DNA from: Carcharhinus longimanus
Taxonomy: Eukaryota
Reading direction: 5' to 3'
Assembly (NCBI GenBank): GCA_030264375.1
Contig: JASCQW010000133.1
Coordinates: 16,892,386 to 16,956,385 of the forward strand
Length of the DNA stretch: 64,000 nt
Part shown: in pieces, positions 26,542 through 39,688 of the stretch
How positions within the stretch are numbered: position 1 is the first letter of the stretch
Layout of the letters: every line of letters starts with the position of its first letter
Notes under the pieces: generated by a model
Databases searched by the model: none
Seen by the model: only the letters and a program-made list of their open reading frames with translations
Told to the model about the DNA's origin: nothing
Made by a program: the position numbers and the translations under genes

Positions 26542-28051
26542 TCTGGACGTGACATGTAGAGAAAAATAAATGAACCCACAGTCAATTAACAGAGACAATG
26601 AACGAAGGTTGCAGTTTAAAAATAATGACTTTAGAATTTGTTATCACGCAACAACTGGAGAATGCTGTCAAATATTAGACAACACAGGTTGAGAGCTGCC
26701 TCTATCTTCCAGATGTTTACTTCCTTCCCGCTGTCTAAAGTTGTGCCGGCGCCTCCTAAACACTTTTTAAAAAATTTATAAGTTGACTGCAGATTTTCTC
26801 CTTCGAATATATTTTATTAGATTATTTACGTGTTGACTAACTGTGTCTAAATATTTACAGGTAACCGCGGAAGAAAGTAGTTTTAATTGTGATATTTTTC
26901 CCCATTTTTCGGCAAACTGTCGAACAACTGTCGTCAGATGTCACGCACCCCAATTAACACCTCTATAACTGCTCTGAACATAAATAAGTGGGAATTTAGA
27001 AATAAAATGATTTGTTAAGGGAAGTTGAGAATGTCCTGCCATTACATAAAATTTGCAGCGTTAATCACACCGCTGCACTCTGCTAGATAAGGACAGTTGC
27101 GTTTCGAGAATCCCCTTACTGATGTCCATCTGGACAATGCCAGACTTGTGGCTTAAGGCTTAAAAAATAAATTACAAGTGCTTCAAGCATGAAACCATTC
27201 TATCGCGTCCGCCTTTCGTTCAACTTTAGGACGAGGGCGGCCGTTTTAGCACAGCACCCTGGTATGTAGAGAAACCAGGCGAATCCTAGATGCCAATAAA
27301 TCGGCAGAGGGGTTGTTGCAATGAAATTGCTGTCATTACATCTACACTCTGCGGGGTGGACAAGACAATTGCTCCGAGTTTCTAACCGGTGTGTGGAATC
27401 ATTGGTGCGAAAGTTTATCTTCCCGGCAGCATTTCCGCCGTTACTGTATCATAGTGACTTGTCCCAGTATTTCCTCCGCGTTTCACTGAATTGTGCAAGC
27501 AACAAGGTCAACTTTTGTGCACCTTCCAACAATACTGTTGGGAACTATCGCTAAATCTCCAAGAACCGGGGTACAACTCAATCGAATCCTGTTCTTGTGT
27601 GAGATAACAACCTGTCCACTGGGTGCAGTGAAGATAGAGAAATACACATTTCATTGCATTCAGACTGCCCTTTCCAAAGGTCAGGTTTTTCAGATACAGT
27701 GTACACTGCCAGTGTTGGTGTGAACGGTGACCGCAGCAGTATTTAATACCATGGAGAACCTGCTGGATGAAATATTTACTGAGGTCTGATGAAAAACCTA
27801 TTGCTTCTCCATTTTTAAGTAGAAGCCGGGATAAAGGCGAGAACGGAAGAACAAATGGACTTGTTCTGGGACTTTGAGACATGTGTGAGGTGCTTTCTAT
27901 CCGGAATGGGGTAGGTCGGAGGTATTGACAACATTTATCCTACAGAGCATCTCGCGAACTTATTTTAAGTGAAAATAACTTGGTGAGGCCGATGGTTTCA
28001 CGAATAATCATAGGTGCTAAATTCCAGAATATCCCAACCTGACCGACCTTC

Positions 28052-28367
28052 TCATAAAATCCTTACAGCGCAGAAAGAGGCCATTCGGCCCATTGAGCCT
28101 ACACTGAGAACAATCCCATCCAGGTCCTACCTCCATAACTCCATGTATTTACCCTGCTAATCACCCTGACGCTAAGGGGCAATTTAGCATGACCAATCAA
28201 TCTAACCCGTACACCTTTGGACTGTGGGAGGAAACCAGAGCACCCAAAGAAAGCCCACGCAGACACGGGGAGAATGTGCAAACTTCACACAGACAATCAG
28301 CCAAGGCAGGAATTGAACCTGGGTCCCTGGCACTGTGAGGCCACAGCGCTAACCACCATGCCACCAA
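28052..28367 (-). mobile_element. Full-length HE1 V-SINE
   Basis: Reverse complement of head, V-domain and CR1-like tail. Confidence 0.9.
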
Positions 28368-28594
28368 TCACTTTGGATGGAGTGCATATTGCGCCCGCTC
28401 CTTGTTCAATAACCGTTCTGGTTTGCGTTGTTTCGTATTCAGTCTGTATTTGTTCTGGAAATGAAATTTTAATCACGTGCCTTGTTCCAAAATAGCTTCA
28501 GTCTGCTTGTATACTGACATATCTCTAGACTGAGGGGCGCCCTGGTCTTTTTGATGGTGCTGTTACTTTTTGAAGTGCTGGGACGTAGCTTTTC

Positions 28595-28850
28595 CAAAAC
28601 TTTACAATGTAGAAAGAGACCATTCGATCCATCGAGTCCACACTGGCTCTCTGAAAGAGCATCATACCTAATCCTACTCTCCAGCCTTATCTCCATAACC
28701 TTGCACATACTTTCCTTTCAGATAACAATCCCATTCCAGCATCTTAGGATGCTCCTTCCAGCCTCCAAACACTCTCTAGGTGAAAACATTTCTCCTCAGC
28801 TCAATTTTACTTCTTTTGCCCATTAGTTTGACTGTGTGTCCTCCTAATGA
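28595..28850 (-). mobile_element. CR1 3'UTR fragment
   Basis: agaaagagaccattcgatccatcgagtcc...ctaggtgaaaacatttctcctc. Confidence 0.6.
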
Positions 28851-28967
28851 ATAGTTCTCAGAATCATCTTTTTGCTTGCATATTGACTATTGATTTGCTG
28901 CTGTTCCCCTTTGTTATCTGTAATTTCTCCAGTATGGAGGGGAGAAGGGTTGTTGATGGTGGGTGGA

Positions 28968-29125
28968 GTAAAGGTAAAGTCACCGTAGTCCCAGATGACC
29001 ATAGGCTGCTCTCCCCTTTGAGGTAGAGCTGGCTGGTGGTGATTTAACCTGAGGATCACCACACCTCAAGCAAGGGGTGAGGTTGAGAAAGCAGGGCCTT
29101 CATGAATAACCTCAGTCAGATGGTG
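28968..29125 (-). mobile_element. SINE 3' fragment (family shared with 38610-38835)
   Basis: Reverse complement gcagcctatggtcatctgggactacggtgactttaccttt is similar to gcctatggccc...gac at about 38800. Confidence 0.55.
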
Positions 29126-29624
29126 CAAGTCCAGTGGACAGTGGACAGGATCTTTGCATAAATTTAGCAAGTGGTGATGTAGAAATTAGATGTAAGTTGT
29201 ATATGTTAAACCATAAAACAACCATGACCACTGTTGCCTAGTGCATTGAATCACGTTTCTCCCTGTCCAGCAAATAGGGGAATATTCCAGCTGGTAAATC
29301 TAAAGCTCTCACCCGAGGTGCAAATAAGAATAAGTTATCATAATTGGCACATCTGAGATGTCAAATTCCTGGACAGGGGATCTTGTAAGTGTCACAACAA
29401 AGTGTGTCATGGCACTTGACGTGAAAACAGGGATTCGGTGAACAGGCATTCAATGAAAGGATTTAATCATAGATGGTGTTGGGAGCTGACCCTGAGTGAG
29501 AGATACCAGAACATTTCTAGTTCAGAAATGCACCTCATTCAAAACCAAGCAGTTAACGGGAATGCGCTCAACTAAATTGGCCCAAAATCCAACAAGATCC
29601 ATGCAAAGCAAATCCATTATTTTT

Positions 29625-30000
29625 TGTTCTTTCTTGGGATGTGGATGTCGTTGGCAAGTGCAGCATTTGTTGCCCCATCTCTAATTGCCCTTGAACTGAG
29701 TGACCTTTTCAGAGGGCAGTTAATTGATGTGGGTCTGGAGTCACATATAGGCCAAACCAGTCATGATGACAGATTCCCTTTCCTTTCCTAAAGAGCAATG
29801 ATTGAACCAGCTGGCTTTTTACAACAATCAACGATAGTTTCATGGTCACCATAATGGAGACTAGTTTTCAGTTCAAGTTTTTATTAAATGAACTTAAATT
29901 CCATCCACTGTTGTGGTTGAGTTTAAATCTGTGTCCCCCAGAGCATTACCCCGAGCCTCTGGGTTATTAGTCCAGGTACATTACACTGCACCACCATCTC
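29625..30000 (-). mobile_element. tRNA-derived SINE (same family as 61823-62170)
   Basis: Reverse complement of ...aattgccc...ggagtcacat.taggcca.acc...gtttcatggtcacca...aaattcca...ccagagcatta. Confidence 0.75.
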
Positions 30001-31321
30001 ATTAACTCACATCGTACTACAAATAAAACACAAACCCTATGGGGTAACTTAAGTTCCAACTCTGATCTCCTGCCCAATCCCTTGTTGAGGAGAGGGTGCA
30101 AGGAGTTCAAGTTGCTTTGGAGAGAGCAACCGGATTGCATTGTGTAGCTGCTTGTTTGGGTGGCTCATTCAAAATCTTGATATTTTTCCTATCTATTTTA
30201 GGGAATCTGTTTGTATGCATGTAATTTAATGTTTAGAGTTGAACTTCCAGTTAGCTGTGTTTTAAATGCAGCAGCAAGTTGCTGTTCCTGTGTAGATGCA
30301 TTACAGAGAAAAGCCAAGAACCTATTCCCCAGAGTCTGAGTAACTGAGTCTGAAGGAAGCAGTGCAGAAGCTTGGCTTTATTGGTCTTTAGAGTTTGTTT
30401 TTAGGTATTTGGTATTAAACAGTTTAAGGAAGGTAAATCAAGAACACTACTTGAAGTAAATCATGAAAGTAGACAAAGGCAAAAACTGGTGAAAGGTGAA
30501 TTTCAGACGGATGGCAGGAATAGCTTTTCATTTGGAGAAATTAAGATTTAAATCACCAACAGAACAGTGGTAAGACTTTCAGTCATTCGAGAGGTAATTG
30601 GATGTCATGGGGGAAGGGTAATTGCAGGGGTATTTGTTTGGATGGGCTAAAATGGAATGAATGACCTTCCTCACTTGTATGCATTTTGTCATTGCATACT
30701 ACTTAATTTTCCAGATATCATGAGTTTAGTTTTATAGTTTCCCAGTGCCAATTTGCATGCCCAATTTGGCTGACAGCTGAGATGCAAGACCTTCCCTTCT
30801 ATTTTCTTTTTCATTTTATCCTTTGTGCCTTTCTCTCCTCTTGACATGCTGCCTTTCTTTTCTCCTTTCAGGTCTCCCTTTATCATGTCCAGATTTGTCT
30901 ACTAAGCCTCTTTGAAATACCTTGAAATGGTTTATCACATGAAATGGAGAAATAAATTCAAGTTATTGTTGGATATTTTAAAGGTCTCAAAAATCAACTA
31001 ATGCTATTATTAAAAACAATGTTTGCATTGTCTGTTCCCAAAATATTTCAGCAAGACTCCAGTGGCTTAGATCAGTTTTATATCCTTCCTGCTTTGGGAC
31101 CAAATCCTTCTACTCCTTGATAGATGAAGTACATATCGGATTTGCTTTCAATCCTTTAAATATATTTCCATTCATCTTAGCAGAAAATAGTCATCTGATC
31201 GTAAAGTTAACTTCAAGCATGAAGTCATTGTTTCTAATATTACATTCTTCTTGAGGCTTTGAGACATAATTGTGTCTCCAATTCTCACACCCTTCAGACT
31301 CAGCGAAGCCTCAATTTGCAA

Positions 31322-31605
31322 TGGTGGCATACTAGCACAATGGTTAGCACTACTGCCTCACAGTGCCAGGGATCTGAGTTCAATTCCCGATATGGGCCAC
31401 TGTCTGTGTGGGGTTTGCATGTTCTCCCTGTGTCTGTGTGTATTTCCTCTGGGTTCTTCCATTTCCTCCCACTGTCTGAAAGATGTGCTGGTTTGGTGCA
31501 TTGAACTGAACAGGCACCAGACTGTGGCCACTAAAGGAATTAATTGCAGTAACTTAATTGCAGTGTTAATGTAAGCCTTACTTGTGACTAATAAATAAAC
31601 TTTAA
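31322..31605 (+). mobile_element. V-SINE with alternative tail
   Basis: tggttagcactactgcctcacagtgccaggga...ttgcagtgttaatgtaagccttacttgtgactaataaataaacttt. Confidence 0.85.
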
Positions 31606-32364
31606 AATATAAGGAATGTCAAATGGGAAGCAAATAAACTCAAAATCATGTAGCTTCCATAACAATAATTAAACTTAGTGCTCCTCCTGATACTGGTACC
31701 CAGAATTACGCTTTATCCATTTCCAGTAATGCGTGCTTAATATAGTTTGAGACAATTAAGCTTAGTATAGTATAGTTTGAGTAGTATTCAGTATAGTAGT
31801 ATTCAGTAGTATTGAGTAGTAATAGTGTAATAACTTAATATAGTTTGAGACAATTAACAATAATTGCTTCAACTTCCATCTGACAGTGGTTTCTCCCATT
31901 AGCAGTATCACAATGGCTAAACATCAAAAAACGGTCATGCTTTAAACTGTTCCCTTTAATTCAAGGTAAAATGGAATAGTTTGGAGAGAGAGATGTGAGC
32001 TTCTTTGAAACCTGCCCAGTTTCAAAGCCATGTGGCTTCAGCCAAATTCTACCTGGAGACAAACCCATATGATCTGTATGTTATGGAGGCAGAAACTTAA
32101 TTAAAACTTAGTGAAAGTAACATGCAAATTGTAACACCTTAATACAAAGCTGGAGGCAGCTGGCCTTACTGCTGCCCAAGCTCTCAGAGTCAGGCTAGCT
32201 AAGAGATTTTGGGAACGAAGTCCCACAACAGGTGCTGTAATGTAAAAGAGGATGAAACCATTTTTTGGGGGTTAATGACCAAGCAGAGTGCTGGTGAGGT
32301 TGGATTTCTAGTTCAAAGAAACAGGGTTTCTGAAGAGTTACGAACCACAGGATCACAGAGGGTT

Positions 32365-32540
32365 AAAAGCAAATTACTGCGGATACTAGAATCTGGAACC
32401 AAAAGAGAAAATGCTGGAAAATCTCAGGAGGTCTGGCAGCATCTGTAAGGAGAGAAAAGAGCTGACATTTCGAGTCCAGATAACCCTTTGTCAAAGCCTC
32501 TCCACAGCTTTGATTAAGGGTCATCTGAACTTGAAGTGTC
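32365..32540. mobile_element. Penelope-like terminal-repeat fragment with short inversion
   Basis: aaagcaaattactgcggatact...gagctgacatttcgagtccagataaccctttgtcaaagc, followed by inverted gctttgattaagggtcatctgaacttgaa. Confidence 0.65.
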
Positions 32541-32679
32541 ATTGCAAAGGGGGGACCTTGATATTGGAAGTCCATTCAATTATGCTTAAGTTATTGAGTG
32601 AAGATACTTTATTTAAAAAATACTAGAAGATTCACCCTGGTTGAACAAGAGAAGATATATTGTTAAAACTCAGAGGAGT

Positions 32680-33432
32680 GGGTGGGAATCTTTTCTGAAT
32701 GTCAGGCTCAGATAAAAATCTGCTGTGAATCTCTCCAACTACGCAGACCAGTTTTCTCTCCGGACTTTGATCCTCTTAATCAAAAAGAAAATAAATGGGT
32801 GTGGGTCACACTGATGGGGCAGGGCCTCATATAACTGGCAAGATGGACTCCTCAGAGACCTACCCTGGTCAGAACAAAAAGTTAACTTCCCTCCCCTCCC
32901 CACACCCTCCCCACAATCATCACATCGCTGGCATTCCCATCCCCCTTAGTGCCCACTCTCCCCCCACTTCCACCGCACACCAGATGGAGGAACCCCAACC
33001 CCTCCATGGGGCTCCTACTAGGGTCTGCTCCTGGCACTGCCCTGGCAGAGCTTGTTTTGCAAGGGCAGTGACCAGCCATTTGCTTCTCACCCTGGGGGTC
33101 ATATTTACCTCTGCACCCCTAGAGGGATCCTGTCTTTTGTTTGCCCAGACCTGTTGTGAACCACAATGACACAATGTCACATTAGCGAGATATGAATATT
33201 TAATGAGGGTATCATGTGGTGGGGGCGTGTTAATAATATTTAAATACATTGAAATCTAGTTAAATGAGGGTCCCACTCTTTGTGGGCATGAACCTCACAG
33301 CTTCGCTGGCAAGGGCTGGGGACCATCAGGAAACACAATCTCTCTGGAGAGAATCACATCTCCAGCTTTTCTCTGGATTTTGTACTCATGTCAGTGATCC
33401 CGTGCACTGAGAGTACAGGCTCAAAATCCCCT
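32680..33432. mobile_element. Putative non-autonomous TIR DNA transposon
   Basis: GC-rich block bounded by gggtgggaatctt / aaaatcccctc, sharing internal motifs with 18398-19333. Confidence 0.4.
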
Positions 33433-34297
33433 CAAATTGTGGTGTAATGTGTAACTGTGGAATGGGGTTTCTGGCTGTGTTACTCAAGAATACCTTTTCT
33501 GTAGTCAGCATATTAGTTTCGTAATAAGTAATGTTTAGTCAATACTCATGGTAGTGTGTTTGTTACAGTAAAAGTTTTAAAACATAAGATCTTAAAATAT
33601 GACATTTTTGCATGCAATCTTTTGAGTGGGTCACTGAAAAAACACCTCTCTTTCTGGAAGTTATTTGTTTCTATAGGGATCATAAAAACAATTTTTGGAA
33701 TCATAAGTTAAAATAAACACACAAGGCCTTCCAGTTGAAATCCATACTTACCAAATTTTTAATGAACACTGAAATAGAACCTATCTTCAATTACTTCTTT
33801 ACATATATCGAGGCATATTTTTGAATAGAGCACTGGGACTTTTTGTTGTATGATATTATTTGATGATGCTGTTTAGTTTTCACTCAAATTTACATTCATT
33901 GAAATAAATCGAAAAATCTCTAACTTGAAAAAAGAAGATTCTTCTTAGATTTTAGCTTTGATGGTCGCTTTAACTCATCCCGTAAGTTAACTAATTAAAA
34001 CAGGAGAAGTGTTGAAAGAATCCAATAGGCCTTGTGATCATGGGGCGAAGTGGGGAAATCAACCAGCTCCTTGCTCCTTGCATGGACATTGAGAAGGGAA
34101 TGGATCAGGCTTGGATATGATGCCCTCTCCCAGTGCAGTTGTATCTACTGATATAACTGTCCCCTTACTATTCAGATTTGGGCAAGAAGTGACCATTTAG
34201 ATGATATTCTGAAGGATGATCCGACCCATTTGAATTATACCTCCTGAAGGGGTCTTCCAGTAGTGGTTGAAGAGTCAAAACTGGGGCATAAAAATTA

Positions 34298-34561
34298 ACC
34301 ATAAGACCATAAGACTATAAGACATAGGACCAGAGTTATGCCATTCGGTCCACTAAGTCTGCTCTGCCATTCAATCATGGCTGATACTTTTCTCGTCCAC
34401 ATTTCCCTGCCTTTTCCCCATAATTCCTGATCTCCTCATTAATCAAGAATCTATCTATCTCTGACTTAAAGACACTCAATGACCTGGCCTCCACAGCCTT
34501 CTGTGACAGAGTTTCACAGATTCACCACTCTCTGGCTGAAGAAATTCCTCCCCATCTCTGT
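34298..34561 (-). mobile_element. CR1 3' end
   Basis: (accataag)n tail followed by ccattcaatcatggctgat...ttcacagattcaccactctctggctgaagaaattcctc. Confidence 0.88.
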
Positions 34562-34929
34562 NNNNNNNNNNNNNNNNNNNNNNNNNNNNNATTTTGGACA
34601 TACATCAACCCTGGAACATCTTATATTGTTTTTAGCAGCGGTCTTCCTCATTGTGATCTTCCTTTTCATTGTCATCAGATCCGTAGGAGACCTCAGTCTA
34701 ATATGCTGTATATCAATGGACCAATTAACAAGGAGTGTTGATCAAGACATGCATCACAGGAATCCACCTTATTTGCCATATATTGCTCAAAGCAACATTT
34801 CCAAATTAATTGACACCAATTTTCATTTACTTCATCGAGTGCAAATGGATGACAGAACCCATACATACCTCTCCATTTCCTGTCCATTGCCACGCATCAC
34901 TATTGTGGTTGGAGTGCAAGTGATTGGAT

Positions 34930-35250
34930 CTCATAGAACCCTGACATTGCAGAAGGAGGCCATTTGGTTCATCGAGTCAGCAGCGATTCTCTGACAGGGT
35001 ATCTTACTCAGACATCTCCCCCACCCTATTCTCAATCAACTAGCCTACATATCTTGGGACATTAAGGGACAATTTAGCTTGGCCAATCCATCTAACCTGC
35101 ATATCTTTGAACTATGGGAGCAAACTGGAGCACTATGCAGACACAGGGAGAATGTGCAAACTCCACACAGGCAATCACCCAAGACTGGAATTGAACTCAG
35201 GTCCTTGGCACTGTGAGACAACAGTGCTAATCATTGTGCTATCATGCTAC
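34930..35250 (-). mobile_element. HE1 V-SINE
   Basis: Reverse-complement HE1 (gcagaaggaggccatttgg...gaatgtgcaaactccacacag...cagtgctaatcattgtgc). Confidence 0.88.
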
Positions 35251-38200
35251 TCTATCTGTGTCAGGCAGGAGTTTATTTATATTATAATCAGTCCCCAGAT
35301 GAGATTCCTCAAATTTGTTCATTGGGCACAATCCTTCAATTAGTTTCCATCCAGTGCGATAACCCTGAATAATTATGTCCCTGGTGAGGGCTGACGAACT
35401 CTTTATTCAATGTCCTCAAAAATCATTCATCTAAAAAAAAATCCCTCCCTTTGTGGATATGTTTTCCCGGTCCCATTATTTATGTTTTAAAAGGAGAGAA
35501 TATACACAGGCTTTCTTGAGTAAAAGATAAAATAAGTTTATTAAATACTAAAAACAAGGAAATAATAAAACACATTCATACAGATTAGAAAATAGGATTG
35601 AGTCCAGAGTAGGTAACATAAGATACACAAAATAGTCCTTGGCTCATGAGGAGCAGGTGATTGAGCATCATGGAAATTGTGATAACACTGGCTTCTGCAG
35701 GCAAATAGTCAGTTTCAAGATCCCAGTGTTCTACAGTTTGGTAGAGAAACTTCCCTGTTTCTGTTTCAGCTGTGATATTAGCTGACTTGGCTTACTCCAA
35801 CAATCAGAGAGACAGATAGAGATATGCCCAAAAATGACTTTTGCCTCAGTTATTGCTGCTGGCTGGCTTCAGTTTTGGTGTCACACATGTTCCAACACCC
35901 CACTACTGGTTCCCAAAACACACACATCTGTGACAGCTTTTTAGCTAGATTTCATCTCAGTCTATGTATATTTCTGAGTGAAAAGTAAAAGTGAAATCCA
36001 CAAATCCATCGGGACATTATGCACGGGATATCTCTTGATGAGGTAATACTCATCTCTATTATGTATCATTGTCTCCACTGGAGATAACAATTGGTTTTTA
36101 TATGCTTTAGAAGTATCTTTGTCTGGAAACAGGATGGATCCATTGTTTCTCAGACATTCATCCACTAGCATTTTGATCAATGACTGACTTTACATCCTCT
36201 TCCACCTTTGGCTTGTATGTCCATTTTTAAGAACTCATGAGTCTTATTTGAAGTTCAATATTTCCAACTGTAGTTTGCTGTGTTTCCTTCATTATTATGA
36301 TAATTTGTAAGATGCCAGTAAGGGTCATATTGCCCTGAGGCAATTCTGACTTGCAAATGAATGAATGATGCGGAGTGCACACGCTGCCTATAGATAATTA
36401 AGATAGACTTACCAGAGGAAAAACATCAAGTTGGAATATTTTCAAAATTAAGAAGATTGATCAAATGTAAGTAATAAGCAATGATAATATACATCATCAC
36501 TCCTTATGATATCTATGGTGTGTAGACATGTAAATTACCTTCACAATTTAGACATCACATGATGTTTAATATAATTGTATAATCAGGTTGTATTACAAAA
36601 TTAAGAATTGTTTTGTGCAGTATTTTATCATCTTCAGGACTTTGTAAGAAAATTATGGTATTCAGTTGTTCATTGGTGTCATAGAAACTTATAGTTACCA
36701 TGCATCTGTTGTGCCTTCATTCCCCTCCCAATCTTACTTCTTTCTATATGCATCCCTGGAAAAAGAAACTCTACTGCAAGACACTCTATTGCACCTTAAA
36801 ATTCCCAACCATCCTCATCTTTGGCTCTTTAATCATTCTTACATATCTGCAGCTACTAGTTTGTTAAATCACACTGCCTCCACCACATTTGATTCCCTTG
36901 GCCCTATTAATCACTTTCTTTCTCTCTAGCTGCTCCCTTGCTAAGTCAAAAGGATGCAGATTAGAATAGCAATAGTAGACAACTTGTTAAGCTGTCCATC
37001 ACCAGAACTGGCTGGACCACATAAACCACTGTTGTGTGCTGCTTTCAATTTTGCTTACAGTTACAGAGCATCCTGGAATGCAAAGATAACCCCTAGCTTC
37101 TCTTCATCAGAAATTGTATTCGTTTATAATTTATCACTCAATTCTTATCTAACCATCCTCTGGCTCCACTGCCACTTCCCTCTCTCCCTATATCCCACCA
37201 AACCATACGTTCCCTATTGTATCAGAGTTCTGAACCCCATATTTTACTCTAGATTCTATTTCATTTTCTGCCTTGCTTCCTCAGAGCTCCCCTTGTCTAT
37301 GAAATCCACCTCATTCTCTTTCAACCATATTCTGACCAAGCTGTTGACTGACCACCTTTTTTTCTCAGTTCTCATTGAGGTTGGATGCAAATGAAGCATT
37401 TCACTTTAGTTTATCAGGGCATTTCTGGGAAAGTCAATAGCACCATTGAAACATTACTGTCCACCATGAATTTCAGTACATGGGTTATTGAGTTAAACAT
37501 CTAGAATCTGAGGCATAACTGAATCTGATGCATTTTCCTTTTGTGATAAATTATATCATTCAATGAAAACACAAAATCCTATCAAATGGAAGAAGTACCA
37601 ATATTTCTGTAATCTATAACTGTCTACGGACTACGTTGATGTGGTCAGATGTTTAGGGAGTAACATCAGTACAATTAAACATTTATACACTAACAAGCAC
37701 TAACTTTTGTAAATTGTTATGCTGCACAACATAATCAATTTCACTTTTATAGTTCTGTTCCTTTCAAGCTGTGTTGATAGTTCAAAATCACTTTAGCTCA
37801 CAATGCTTCTCCCACTGAGATTGGTAAGGTACCATTAGAAATATTGAACAATGGGATGTCTTGTGCTTTGACCTCACAACTATTAAAATTTGGGCAGAGG
37901 CTACTCTGGTTCACTTCACTACCAACCACTACAGCTGGTAAGCAGAGGAATCTATCACCTGACCAGTCTGGACTGGATTCAAACTCAGCTTTTGCTGGAA
38001 CAGACTAATAATGTGACCCATTGTTGCCGTTCAGCACTGAAGCACCATATTCTACAAAACAGAACAGAATTAAACTTTATATAATGTGGAATATGGATAT
38101 TTTGATAAGGAGAGATGGTGATAAGCAGAAGGAGGCTCAAGTGGAGCATTAACACCGGCATTGGCCAGTTGGACAAGATGGTCACTTTCTGTGTTGTAAT

Positions 38201-38324
38201 TTCATATGAAAGGTAAGGGTAAATTGTAACATTAGCTTTATCCTGCTGCGTCTATATGATTTAAATGGAATTTTGAACTCGTCTAAATTATCCATCACAC
38301 CATTAGTTAATTTAAGGATCACTT

Positions 38325-38583
38325 GAAGAGGGACTTTGTCACCCAAAGGGTTGTGAATCTGTGGAATTCCCTGCCCAGTGAAGCAGTTGAGGCTATTTTA
38401 TTGAATGTTTTTAAGGACAGATACATTTTTGAACAGTAAAGAAATCAAGGGTGATGGTGAGCGGGTGGATAAGTGGAGCTTAGTCCATCAAAAGATCAAC
38501 CATGATGTTACTGAAGGGCGGAGCAGGCTGGAGGGGCCAGATGGCCTACTCCTGCTCCTAGTCCTTGAGTTCTTGTGTTATGT
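38325..38583 (+). mobile_element. CR1 3' end
   Basis: gggttgtgaatctgtggaattccctgcccag...atggcctactcctgctcctagt...tatgt. Confidence 0.88.
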
Positions 38584-38609
38584 TTTTATTTCGATTAACA
38601 TGTTCGCGT

Positions 38610-38835
38610 GAGGGGTCAGTTAGCTCAGATGGCCAGAGTGTGATGCAGAATGATGCCAGCAGCGCGAGTTCAATCTCTTCAGTGACTGTGGTTTGTCGAC
38701 ATGGTCTGCTCTTCAGCTGGCCCTACCCTTGTTGAATGGTGTCCTTCATAACTGTGGAAAACGAAATGTGTGCGTGTTTCTTTCTCTGATGGAGCGGGAT
38801 GCCTATGGCCCTTTGTGGACGATACTAATTACTTC
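38610..38835 (+). mobile_element. Old tRNA-derived SINE
   Basis: A-box-like tagctcagatgg and B-box-like gagttcaatc, with a tail shared with 28968-29125. Confidence 0.55.
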
Positions 38836-39688
38836 TTATTTAACCAACTATGAAAGCAGCATTGCTTACGTTGTGCAATGGATTGTTTCACCTAGTAGTT
38901 CGGAGCTGGGGTGTGGGGAGTGTGCATGTGGGGGGAGAGGGATGAGAGATGACAACCTTAACAAAGAAGAAGCAGGAACAAACCTCGACTGCCTCACAAA
39001 TGACAGGAGCATGCTTGCGCTGACCTTCAATCATGCATTGCTTCCTCTGTCTCCCTTATGCGGCGGTTGTATCCTTTCCCCACCAACCCACCCATGGACT
39101 AACAATTGATCTTTCGAAAAGGTGCACTTTCTGTATTTATTTGGGTAATGTTCCCGGGTAGAGGATCCAAAAGTTAATACGCAATAAAGTCTTATTTGCC
39201 ACGCGCAACTTTTGACACGCTTGTTGATTCGACCCAATTTGAATTTTTTTTTCTCTTAGATTTGGAAGGGACACCCAGCATGTTTGCACTGATACATCAG
39301 TTTCTATTATTGCGAAATCATGGGCAGTCAAAAGAAAGGAAACGAATAGCAGACGTGTTTGATGGAATCTTTATTGTTGTACTGGCTATACTTGTTTCTT
39401 CCCCATTTTTGTATTTTTTCCAATGAACTTCCCAACTGACAGCTGTGGAAAAACTAATAACTTGGCAATAATGTTTCTAACGTTTTGGCGGATGGGACTC
39501 TGCCACCATTGGAACTGCAGAGATTGTCATTCCAAATCACTGACGCACCGATATAGCTTGAACATAGTGTACGAAATCAATTCATAGCGTGAAGTCAATT
39601 CAGGACTTGCCAATGTCTTGTTACCTATTTACACAACAAGCTCGACGGTGAATTCAAAGGAAACACTTGCACGACTTGGCGCTTTCCG

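Noticed and set aside
39196-39426. ORF ending RIADVFDGIFIVVLAILVSSPFLYFFQ after a good acceptor, vaguely like the TM4 of a Cys-loop receptor
   Set aside because: It lacks the conserved DR motif and no partner exons are visible, so chance hydrophobicity is more likely.
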